Source of the DNA: an uncultured bacterium
GTDB lineage: Bacteria > Vulcanimicrobiota > CADAWZ01
Reading direction: 5' to 3'
Length of the DNA: 64,000 nucleotides
NCBI GenBank assembly: GCA_949288455.1
Contig: CASEKF010000015.1
Coordinates: forward strand, 18,132 to 82,131
Of the stretch, positions 19,683 to 28,011 are shown one piece after another. The notes beneath the pieces were generated by a model, which saw only the letters and a program-made list of their open reading frames with translations, had not been told where the DNA came from and did not search any database. Both the position numbers and the translations under genes were made by a program. Numbering within the stretch: the first letter of the stretch is position 1; the number at the start of each line of letters is the position of its first letter.

Positions 19683-20474
19683 ATGCAAAATACGCATCTA
19701 GATTCAGAAGTTTTAAAATCTCTTAAACATAGAGTTTCCAGGCTGGTTAAAGAAAAAAAATTTAACGAAGCGGTCGAAGTTCTAGTAGAAATAACTCAAA
19801 TTGATCCGAGAGATTTTCGAGCTTATTTCCAAATGGCTCAATTATTTTTCGCTCAAAAAAAATATGAAGGAGCCGAAAAAATGTGCCAGCAGGCTATTAT
19901 CGTAAAGAACGACGATATCAGGCCCTGGCTGATATTAGGAAATATATACGCGGCTAACGGACAGATGGATAAAATACTCACTCAACTTCCTGCCGGGATT
20001 GCGATTCAGCCGGATAATTTTCAATTAAATTATCTCGTAGGCTACGCTTACGCTAAAAAAGGCGACTTTCAAAAAGCGGCGCAATACCTCAAAAAAGCGC
20101 AGGAAAAAGAGCCTGACAATCAAAAGGCAATTCAAGCTCTGCAAGCGGTCAACGCGACTCTCAAAAAACTTCAGCCGCAGACTCCCATTTCGCCTGCCGG
20201 AGCCGAAAACGAAGCGAAAACTCATTCCGCTAATTCAAAAAACGAAGATTCTAAAGTCAGAACTTCCTCATGGCAAACTACGCAAAATTCTTCCGGAAAT
20301 CAGGGCGGAATCTGGGGGAACATATCGTCTCAACAGCATATTCAAAATAAACCTGCCTCGGCTCACAACGACGTATGGGGAAGACAAGAACAGACAAATA
20401 CTTCGCAAAACTCGAATCAAAGCTCTCAGCCGCAGCAAAAGAAAAAAAGCATATGGGATAATTTAAAAAATTAG
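19683..20474 (+). CDS. TPR-repeat protein with Q/N/S-rich low-complexity tail
   Basis: TPR-like helices (AYFQMAQLFFAQKKYEGAEKMCQQAI, NYLVGYAYAKKGDFQKAAQYLKKAQEKEPDN). I prefer ATG 19683 (RBS agagga 6 nt upstream) over the track start at 19668. Confidence 0.6.
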   Translation: MQNTHLDSEVLKSLKHRVSRLVKEKKFNEAVEVLVEITQIDPRDFRAYFQMAQLFFAQKKYEGAEKMCQQAIIVKNDDIRPWLILGNIYAANGQMDKILTQLPAGIAIQPDNFQLNYLVGYAYAKKGDFQKAAQYLKKAQEKEPDNQKAIQALQAVNATLKKLQPQTPISPAGAENEAKTHSANSKNEDSKVRTSSWQTTQNSSGNQGGIWGNISSQQHIQNKPASAHNDVWGRQEQTNTSQNSNQSSQPQQKKKSIWDNLKN

Positions 20475-20490
20475 CGTAAAAATAACAATT

Positions 20491-20527
20491 ATCAATAAGG
20501 TATGGCGATTTGCCATACCTTATTGAT
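20491..20527. terminator. 16-bp stem hairpin between convergent genes (probable bidirectional terminator)
   Basis: atcaataaggtatggc / gccataccttattgat with loop gattt. The flanks are AT-rich but lack a clean U-tract. Confidence 0.55.
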
Positions 20528-20657
20528 AATTAAAAGAATCATCTTCTGCCGTCGAATATAAGATCAGCGAGAAAGTCCAGAAAAAAAGCTCCGAAATCAA
20601 TGGCGTCGCTTGTTCTGCGAACGCTTCTTCTAGGCGTTTCCAGACTATTCCAAGAAT

Positions 20658-21047
20658 CTACGCCAAGATAGCCTGGATTATCGAACCGCCCGGCATCGGG
20701 ACATGCGAAAGTTCAAAAATACGCTTAAGTTCTCCGCCGTCGAACCATACGGCCTTACATTGTTCGCACGTATCTACGTTAACGCCGTGACGCTGCATGA
20801 CATTTAAAACAGACGAACATATCGGGCACTCGCGAGTCCCTTCCTCAATCAAACTTATTCCATTTTGAAGTTCTATAATTGGGATCGACGTTTCAGGAAA
20901 TATCTTCAGTTTCATAATTTTAGAAATTTCAGAATACATAAGCCACATACCCCCGCAGTTATAACAAACGTTTATAGACGCGGGGGTATCGGAGCCAAGA
21001 TTGATATCTTTTTTATAAAGTTTATTGCGGCAAGCCGGGCAATTCAT
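20658..21047 (-). CDS. double zinc-ribbon protein (TFIIB-type zinc-finger-like, two copies)
   Basis: CPACRNKL...CYNCGGMWL and CPICSSVL...CEQCKAVWFDGGEL. These are two CxxC...CxxC units with the G-x-W(L/F) signature. Confidence 0.6.
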   Translation of the reverse strand: MNCPACRNKLYKKDINLGSDTPASINVCYNCGGMWLMYSEISKIMKLKIFPETSIPIIELQNGISLIEEGTRECPICSSVLNVMQRHGVNVDTCEQCKAVWFDGGELKRIFELSHVPMPGGSIIQAILA

Positions 21048-21076
21048 ATCTCCTCCTAATTTTTTTTGCGTCGAGC

Positions 21077-21640
21077 TTAAAAAAGCTTATCTTCACATTC
21101 CGCTAAAAACGGCGCGGAAGCGTCTTTCTTAGACAATTCCGGAGTTATCTCTCCCCAATCGACTGATATTTGAGGATCATTCCATCTTACGCTAAAATCA
21201 TGTTCGGGAGAATAATATTCGTCGGTTTTATACACAACTTCCGTATTCTCGACCAAAGTCAAAAAACCATGCGCGAATCCTGCGGGTATAAAAATCTGCT
21301 TTTTATTTTCTTCGCTGAGTTCTACGGAAGTCCACTTTAAATAAGATTTAGAAGATCGCCTCAAATCAACCGCCACGTCAAGTATTTTGCCCCTTACGCA
21401 TCTGACAAGTTTAGCCTGCGCTTTAGGCTTGAGCTGAAAATGCAGGCCTCTCAACGTATATATTTTTTCAGATTTTGAATGATTATCCTGTACGAAATCG
21501 CAAAATAATCCGAAAGGCTCTAGTTTTTTTCTGGAATAACTTTCGAAAAACCAGCCTCTGTTATCCTTAAAAACATCCGGAGTTATAACAAGAACTCCGT
21601 CCAAAGAAGTTTGTTCGCAAATCATAAAAACAGGCTCCAT
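21077..21640 (-). CDS. rmlC: dTDP-4-dehydrorhamnose 3,5-epimerase
   Basis: DNRGWFFESY, RGLHFQ, KLVRCVRGKILDVAVDLR and FIPAGFAHGFLTL are hallmark RmlC cupin motifs. 187 aa. Confidence 0.85.
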   Translation of the reverse strand: MEPVFMICEQTSLDGVLVITPDVFKDNRGWFFESYSRKKLEPFGLFCDFVQDNHSKSEKIYTLRGLHFQLKPKAQAKLVRCVRGKILDVAVDLRRSSKSYLKWTSVELSEENKKQIFIPAGFAHGFLTLVENTEVVYKTDEYYSPEHDFSVRWNDPQISVDWGEITPELSKKDASAPFLAECEDKLF

Positions 21641-21793
21641 ATAATTTTAAACTAAAAATTTCTGTATCAAAAAAACAAATCCTTTCATAAACCGGCTAAA
21701 TGAATCTCTCTAGTCTAAATTTTAAACAGGAAGAAAACGAATTCAGAAAGAAATAAGTCTCTTCAGAATAGCTATGAAAGGCTTTAGGCGATA

Positions 21794-22747
21794 ATGATTT
21801 CCGTAAAAAACTTAACGAAAAAATATGGAGAAACAACGGCTTTAGACAATATAACTTTTAACGTTGAAAAAGGCGAAATAGTCGGCCTTCTAGGTCCCAA
21901 CGCGGCCGGGAAAACAACGACCATGCGAATTTTAACCGGGTACTTTCCCCCTACTTCGGGCGAAGTAATAATCGCCGGAAAAAACGTCGCGGAAGATTCG
22001 CTGTACATTAGAAAAAACACGGGATATCTTCCTGAATCGGCGCCTTTATATTCAGATATGACAGTCGACGAATTTCTAGATTTCGCGGCGGAAGCCAAAG
22101 GACTGAATGGTAAAACCAAACGGGAAAGCAAAGATAACGCTATAAATAATTGTAACCTACAGGACTATGCTTTTAAACAATTAAAAACTCTTTCTAAAGG
22201 CTACAAACAAAGAGTAGGATTAGCGCAAGCCATAATAAACTCCCCGCAAATTCTTATTTTAGACGAGCCTACCGTAGGACTAGATCCGCAACAGATCAAA
22301 GATATGAGGGAAATAATAACAAATTTATCTAAAAAATCGACAATAATACTCTCTTCTCATATCCTTGAAGAAATCAGCAAAACATGTAATAGAGTCATTA
22401 TCATGAACAAAGGAAAAGTTCTGGCGACAGATACTCCCGACAATCTCTCTTCTAAAATAGAAAAATCAGACAGATTATTTTTCGAACTAGGAGGCGATAA
22501 AGAAACCGCGCTTAACATAATAAAACAAACTAAAGGCATTACGGAGTGCGGTTATTCAAATCTAAATTTAAATGAAGAAAACAGTTTCGGCATCGAAGCC
22601 TTGTCCGAAAAATCTCCGGAAATAAGAAACGTCATAATAAAGGAACTTATCGCCAAAGATATATCGGTATATCAAATCAAACTTGAAAAATTGACGCTTG
22701 AACAAATATTTTCAGCAATAGTCGAGGAGGCTAAGCAAACGAAATGA
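21794..22747 (+). CDS. ABC transporter ATP-binding protein (ABC-2/GldA-like)
   Basis: Walker A GPNAAGKTT, signature LSKGYKQR, Walker B ILILDEP. 4-nt overlap with the following permease. Confidence 0.85.
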   Translation: MISVKNLTKKYGETTALDNITFNVEKGEIVGLLGPNAAGKTTTMRILTGYFPPTSGEVIIAGKNVAEDSLYIRKNTGYLPESAPLYSDMTVDEFLDFAAEAKGLNGKTKRESKDNAINNCNLQDYAFKQLKTLSKGYKQRVGLAQAIINSPQILILDEPTVGLDPQQIKDMREIITNLSKKSTIILSSHILEEISKTCNRVIIMNKGKVLATDTPDNLSSKIEKSDRLFFELGGDKETALNIIKQTKGITECGYSNLNLNEENSFGIEALSEKSPEIRNVIIKELIAKDISVYQIKLEKLTLEQIFSAIVEEAKQTK

Positions 22748-23514
22748 CGGCAGTATTAAAAAAAGAACTCAGCTATTATTTTAAATCTATAACCGCATAC
22801 TTTATGGCAGCCGCTCTTATTACCGTATGCGGGATCCTATTTTATTTAAGAACGGTATATTATGCCGAACAAAGTATGTTGGCGTCTTCGATGCCTCCCG
22901 GTACGGCTCCTAAGTTAAACTTCAACTCGGCTATACTTGCGTCTCTTCCTGCTACCGTCTCCTTCGTAATGATTTTCTTCGTCATACCGGCGACTACTAT
23001 GCATGTGTTCGCGGAAGAAAAGAAGAACGGAACTCTTGAAATGCTTTTTACTTATCCTTTCACAGAGTTTGATTTAATAGCCGGAAAATATATAGGAAGC
23101 ATACTGGCTATTCTTCCAGGAGCAGCATTAACCGCTCTATTTCCAATCTTCCTTCTAAAATATATGCCCGGTATGGATTTAGGATATTTGGCCGCCGGAT
23201 ATACGGGTATTATTCTCGCGTGCTTAGCCGGAACGGCTATAGGAATATGGGCTTCCTCGCTTACGTCGAGTCAAATTCTGGCTTGCTCTATAACGATATT
23301 GACATTTTTAATTTTATGGCTTATAGGAGGCTCCGCAGATCTTATGGACGGCATAGGAAGAGAATTTCTCAACGCGGTTTCCTTTTCCTCAAATTTGGAA
23401 ACTTTCACGAAAGGAACTATAGAGCTGCCCGCCGTCGTATATTTCATAGGCCTGACTTTATTCTTTTTATATTTGACTTATTATAATTTAACGTCGCGCA
23501 AATGGAGAGGATAA
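22744..23514 (+). CDS. ABC-2 type permease (GldF-like)
   Basis: 256 aa with six hydrophobic helices. Translationally coupled to the ATPase. Confidence 0.7.
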   Translation: MTAVLKKELSYYFKSITAYFMAAALITVCGILFYLRTVYYAEQSMLASSMPPGTAPKLNFNSAILASLPATVSFVMIFFVIPATTMHVFAEEKKNGTLEMLFTYPFTEFDLIAGKYIGSILAILPGAALTALFPIFLLKYMPGMDLGYLAAGYTGIILACLAGTAIGIWASSLTSSQILACSITILTFLILWLIGGSADLMDGIGREFLNAVSFSSNLETFTKGTIELPAVVYFIGLTLFFLYLTYYNLTSRKWRG

Positions 23515-23518
23515 TCTT

Positions 23519-24859
23519 ATGAAAAAATCAACGGCATATGAAATCAACGCGGCGTTAACCGTCATAATAGCGGCCGCTATAATCGTTATCGCGGTTATGA
23601 TAGCTCATCAGCGCCCCGTAAAATGGGATTTAACGAAAAATAAAGCTAACACTCTCTCGCCTCAAAGCAAGGAAATACTAAAAGGGCTGCAATCTTCGAT
23701 CAAAGCCGTAGTTTTTACCGAAAATCCAAGTCGGCGATCCAATATTGAAAAATTGATGAAATTATATAAAAACGAAGGAAATAAATTTTCTTACGTTTTT
23801 TACGAACCTAACAAAAATCCTGAAAAATCCGAAGAATACGGAGTCACTCTCGATCCGTGTCTATATTTAGAGACAGACGCCGGAAAACGCGAAAAGATCA
23901 TAGAAATAACGGAAGAAAACATAACTAATTCAATAGTTAAAATTTTAAGTTCCACAGAAAAAAAGGTATATATGCTTTCAGGTCATGGCGAATTGCCGAT
24001 AAACGATCCTGAAAATATAAAGTCTCTCGATATTTTAAAAACGGCTATGGAAAAAGAAATATACTCCTTAGATTCGCTCAACCTAAAACAAACCGGCAAA
24101 ATTCCCGAAGACGCCTCTCTTATTATTATTGCCGGACCCACTATTCCTTTCTATCCTAAAGAAATACAGATTCTGGAAAAATACATGAGCGAAGGAGGAA
24201 AAACTCTGTGGCTTACGGGGAGCTCGTTCCCGGAAGAAACTAAAAAAATATTCGCTAAATACGGATTTTCTCAATATCCCGGACAAATAGAAGACGAAAC
24301 CGGCAAAATCATCGGAGAATCCACGTCTATAACTTTAGCTCTGTCCGCTATGCCGTCGTCGGTAACCAAAGGCTTTGATCCGACTAAAACTCTGTATTTT
24401 ATGCCTTTATGCGGAGCTTTAAAATTTGAAAAAAACGTAGAAGGAACGACTATAGAACCGGTTTTAAACGCAAATCAAAACTGCTCGATCAAAACTAAAA
24501 ACGGAGAACCGGTAGATATAGACAATTTAGGAATTATTACGGGCATAACTATTGAAAGGCCTGTAAAAGACAGCGAAAAAACGGAGAAAATAGTCGTTTT
24601 AGGAAGCTCCTTAATGGCTTCCGGACAATACGTCAACAGAGGAGACAATATAAATTTACTGCTTAATTCGGCCGCTTGGTTAGTCGAAGAAAAAAATCTG
24701 ATAGCTATAAGACCTAAAGACGAAATATCAGCGCCTTTAAAGATGACGCCAATGGAAACTAATCAGTTCTTTTTTAAGACCGTCATAGCTATGCCGATAT
24801 TAATCCTCGGTTTTTGGTTATCGCTGAGAATAGCAAAAAAAGTAGCGGGGAAAAAATAA
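23519..24859 (+). CDS. GldG-like ABC-transporter accessory protein
   Basis: N- and C-terminal TM anchors flank a ~400-aa extracytoplasmic domain. Position after the gldA/gldF-like pair is the classical arrangement. Confidence 0.65.
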   Translation: MKKSTAYEINAALTVIIAAAIIVIAVMIAHQRPVKWDLTKNKANTLSPQSKEILKGLQSSIKAVVFTENPSRRSNIEKLMKLYKNEGNKFSYVFYEPNKNPEKSEEYGVTLDPCLYLETDAGKREKIIEITEENITNSIVKILSSTEKKVYMLSGHGELPINDPENIKSLDILKTAMEKEIYSLDSLNLKQTGKIPEDASLIIIAGPTIPFYPKEIQILEKYMSEGGKTLWLTGSSFPEETKKIFAKYGFSQYPGQIEDETGKIIGESTSITLALSAMPSSVTKGFDPTKTLYFMPLCGALKFEKNVEGTTIEPVLNANQNCSIKTKNGEPVDIDNLGIITGITIERPVKDSEKTEKIVVLGSSLMASGQYVNRGDNINLLLNSAAWLVEEKNLIAIRPKDEISAPLKMTPMETNQFFFKTVIAMPILILGFWLSLRIAKKVAGKK

Positions 24860-24860
24860 C

Positions 24861-26141
24861 ATGAACGGCAAAACTACTTTAATTTCAGCTATCGTATTGC
24901 TAATACTGGCATGTATATACGTATACGGGGAAATATCTAAAAAAGAGACGGCTATAAAAGAAAAAGAAGAAAAAAAAATTTTTTCTATAACGCCGGAAGA
25001 AATTAACCGCGTTTCAATAGGCAAAAAGGACGGATACGTCATCTTTGAAAAACAAGACGGGATATGGAATATATCTTCGCCGCAAAAATTTACGGCAAAA
25101 TCCTGGGAATTTGAAAATATGCTTTATCTTCTAAGCGATCTGAAAAAAGAAGAAGAAATACCGGCTGAAAATTTAAAAGATTTTGGCCTTCAGCCGCCAA
25201 ATATAATATTGACTCTATCGGGAAAAGAACGAGAAGAAACGATAGAAATAGGGAAAAGAAATTACAACGGAAATCTTTCTTACGCAAAGAAACTAGATCA
25301 AAATTCCATATTTACCGTCAGCTCCATACTAATAGGCGATTTGGAACGCCCCTATTCTTTCTTCATCGAAGACAGTCCTCTTCCGATCGACCTCGAGAAA
25401 GCGGAAGAAATACGCGTAAAAACAGAGAACAATACTACTCTGCTATCCAAACGCGAAGATATTTGGGAGATGGAAGGAGACGGGATGCCAAAACAAAAAG
25501 CCGATCCTAAAAAAGCGACTCTTTATCTTCAATCTATCACATCCCTGAGAGTTAGAGATATAAAACAAGGTTCTCTTGCGCCTGACGCTCCAAAATCATA
25601 TAAAGCTTATATTTCCGTAACAGACAAAGACAAAAAAGAAAAAAGTCTGTATTTATTGAAAGAGAATAAAGAAAGCTCATTATGCCAAAGACTTCCCGGA
25701 GGCGAAACTTTTTTATTAGACCGAAAAGTCTCGGATAATATTTTCTTTATTTCTCCCGAGAAATTTAAAGACACTAGGCCGTTTAAGTTCAACGCCGAAG
25801 ACATAAAGAATATCTATATAACAAGGGGAGAAAACACGTTTCATTTTACGAAGAACGGAACCTGGAAATCTTCCGGCGCTGAAAAAAAAGAAATTCCCGC
25901 AATACTCGCGCTGTTGTGGGAGCTTGAGGAGTTATCTTATGATAGCACTTCAGATAAACCCGGCCGGAGTCTTTATGCCATAAGCGCAAAATTAAAGAGC
26001 AATGAAATCGCGTTTGAATTTTCGATAGAAAAAAATCAAGACGACTTAATCATAGTTCTAAAGGATAAAAGATACAAAATTACCGACGAGAAAATAGTAG
26101 ATTTAATCGAAACGGTTTTAAAAGAAGTCGAAGCTAAATAA
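24861..26141 (+). CDS. DUF4340-like membrane-anchored protein
   Basis: N-terminal anchor, then a repetitive beta-rich ~400 aa. Commonly follows gldG-like genes. Assignment rests on context and architecture. Confidence 0.5.
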   Translation: MNGKTTLISAIVLLILACIYVYGEISKKETAIKEKEEKKIFSITPEEINRVSIGKKDGYVIFEKQDGIWNISSPQKFTAKSWEFENMLYLLSDLKKEEEIPAENLKDFGLQPPNIILTLSGKEREETIEIGKRNYNGNLSYAKKLDQNSIFTVSSILIGDLERPYSFFIEDSPLPIDLEKAEEIRVKTENNTTLLSKREDIWEMEGDGMPKQKADPKKATLYLQSITSLRVRDIKQGSLAPDAPKSYKAYISVTDKDKKEKSLYLLKENKESSLCQRLPGGETFLLDRKVSDNIFFISPEKFKDTRPFKFNAEDIKNIYITRGENTFHFTKNGTWKSSGAEKKEIPAILALLWELEELSYDSTSDKPGRSLYAISAKLKSNEIAFEFSIEKNQDDLIIVLKDKRYKITDEKIVDLIETVLKEVEAK

Positions 26142-26162
26142 CAAAATAATAAGGAGGGAACA

Positions 26163-26873
26163 ATGACAAGAAAAAAAATCGAAAGGCTTGAATTAGAGAC
26201 TAGATCTCGCAAGCCTGAGGAAACTGCGGAATCTTGCGAACCTTCCGTGAAAGAAGCAAAACCAAAAACTTCTTCACAACCCACATCGTCTTCCCCCATA
26301 ATGATATATGGAACAAATAATAAGGATATCATCAAAATATCCGAAGGGAAGGACAGGAGCTTAACCGTAACGGTAAACGGAGTTTCAAAAACTTTTACGG
26401 AAGAAGAAGCCAAACGACTTCGATTCGTGACTGGAAACGGAAACGACGTTATAATAGCTGATAAAAACGTAACTCATGATTTGTATATAAAGACAGGCGA
26501 CGGAGATTGTACTATTTATACCGGAAAGGGCAACGATTTTATAATAACGGGAAACGGAAACAATATAATATATTCCGACGACGGAAACGATAATATTCAG
26601 ACTGGAAACGGAAACAACATAATTTTTGCGGGGAACGGCGACAATATAATAAACACCGGAACGGGAAACGATAAAATATATGCCGGAACCGGCGATAATA
26701 TTATAAATTCAGGAGCGGGAGACGATCTTATAAGCGTTAAGGACGGCAATAATATTATTGACGCCGGAGAAGGTTTCGATACGATACTTGCCGGTAAAGG
26801 ACAAAATATAGTTTATGATTTTAAAGGCGACAGCGTTAAAATTAAAACTACACCATGTCAAGAAAAAAAATAA
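26163..26873 (+). CDS. small RTX-type beta-roll repeat protein
   Basis: Strong RBS aaggaggg. About 11 consecutive nonapeptides fit x-G-x-G-(N/D)-(D/N)-x-I-x (TGNGNNIIF AGNGDNIIN TGTGNDKIY AGTGDNIIN SGAGDDLIS ...). No N-terminal signal peptide. Confidence 0.7.
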   Translation: MTRKKIERLELETRSRKPEETAESCEPSVKEAKPKTSSQPTSSSPIMIYGTNNKDIIKISEGKDRSLTVTVNGVSKTFTEEEAKRLRFVTGNGNDVIIADKNVTHDLYIKTGDGDCTIYTGKGNDFIITGNGNNIIYSDDGNDNIQTGNGNNIIFAGNGDNIINTGTGNDKIYAGTGDNIINSGAGDDLISVKDGNNIIDAGEGFDTILAGKGQNIVYDFKGDSVKIKTTPCQEKK

Positions 26874-26885
26874 AAGGAGATATTG

Positions 26886-27479
26886 ATGAAGAAGCCCGTA
26901 TTCATTATTTTTCTAACAGTCCTAACAGTCGCATTCGTTATATCTTTAGTTTCTTTATCTTTTGCAAATCAAAAGATATCGACGGAAAACGACGCCAAAC
27001 CTATATATGAAGACGCTAAAAGATTTATGGCAAAATTTAAAATGTCGGTTCCAAGAGATATTTTGCTTAGAGTCGAAAGTCCGGATCTCGTCAAAATAGA
27101 AGCGTCTAATTCCGGAAAATCAGGAGCAAATGTACAAGCGTTTTATAGGCCCCATTCGCCTGAAGTGATTTATATCCCCTCTAATTTAGACGAAACGGAA
27201 TTATTCGCGACTCTGGCCCATGAGCTTACTCACGCTTGGCAATCCTCTTATTGTCCTCTTCAAGACACGTCGTTTAAAGAGGGATTAGCTTCTTGGATAA
27301 CCGTACAAGCTTATATAGAAAAGGGGCAAAGCAACTCGGCATTGTCTTATCTTAACGGCTGCTCTCGCAGAGATCCCGAGGAAGCCAAAACGGTCAAGAG
27401 AATCATGGACATATATGAACGCGAAGGGATAGACGGAGTCATAAAATATGTCACAAAAGAAACGAGATACAGAGAATAA
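26886..27479 (+). CDS. membrane-anchored or secreted HExxH zinc metallopeptidase-like protein
   Basis: RBS GGAG 6 nt upstream of ATG 26886. N-terminal hydrophobic segment. LAHELTHAWQ, with a downstream FKEGLASW as possible third ligand (gluzincin-like; reminiscent of the DA1-like HEMMHAW motif). Confidence 0.55.
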   Translation: MKKPVFIIFLTVLTVAFVISLVSLSFANQKISTENDAKPIYEDAKRFMAKFKMSVPRDILLRVESPDLVKIEASNSGKSGANVQAFYRPHSPEVIYIPSNLDETELFATLAHELTHAWQSSYCPLQDTSFKEGLASWITVQAYIEKGQSNSALSYLNGCSRRDPEEAKTVKRIMDIYEREGIDGVIKYVTKETRYRE

Positions 27480-28011
27480 AGAAATTTTTAACCTTGCGAC
27501 AGAAAGACTTTTATTAATTCCGTTAACTCTGCGTCATTTATATTTATGCAGAACCGGAAGAAGAAACATGGAAATATCTCTCGGGCTTAAAGCGGCTTCT
27601 TCCGGAGAAGATTTACATGACCCTACTATACGAGAAGCGTTAGAATGCATGATTTCAGCCGTAGAGTCGGATTTAGAAAACGAAAAATGGCTTACCAACT
27701 GGGAAATAATAAAAAAAAATGAAAATATAATAATAGGCGGCATGGCATTTTACGGGCCTCCCGATAAAAACGGAATATGCGAAATAGCTTACGTGATACA
27801 GGAAGCCTACAGAAACGCCGGGTACGGCTCCGAAGCCGTCAAGGCGCTAATAGAATGGGCGTTTAAGAACGGCGCGAAATCAGTTAAAGCCGAAGTGTCA
27901 AAGAATAACATTCCTTCTGAAAAACTGCTTAAAAATATAGGATTTAACAAATTTCAAGAATCGCCCGACTCTTACTTTTACGTCATACAAAATCTTTCAA
28001 AATTCCCGTAA
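27448..28011 (+). CDS. GNAT family N-acetyltransferase (RimJ/RimL-like)
   Basis: TERLLLIPLT N-terminal motif and AYRNAGYGSEAVKALIEWAF acetyl-CoA binding motif. Overlaps the upstream gene by 32 nt. The 3' end overlaps the convergent gene by 29 nt. Confidence 0.75.
   Translation: MSQKKRDTENKEIFNLATERLLLIPLTLRHLYLCRTGRRNMEISLGLKAASSGEDLHDPTIREALECMISAVESDLENEKWLTNWEIIKKNENIIIGGMAFYGPPDKNGICEIAYVIQEAYRNAGYGSEAVKALIEWAFKNGAKSVKAEVSKNNIPSEKLLKNIGFNKFQESPDSYFYVIQNLSKFP

Noticed and set aside
21784-22131. 115-aa minus-strand ORF, and similar antisense ORFs across the window (e.g. 34162-34635, 36159-36803, 28671-29024, 41249-41596, 32229-32543)
   Set aside because: All lie antisense within strongly supported genes (ABC ATPase, FtsX permease, adaptor, phosphohexomutase fusion, mutase). 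Their translations are low-complexity. These are shadow ORFs.
26427-26815. Regular short DNA periodicity that could be mistaken for a CRISPR-like or satellite array
   Set aside because: The 27-bp periodicity is in frame and encodes RTX nonapeptides inside a continuous ORF. There are no unique spacers between conserved repeats, so it is not a CRISPR array.
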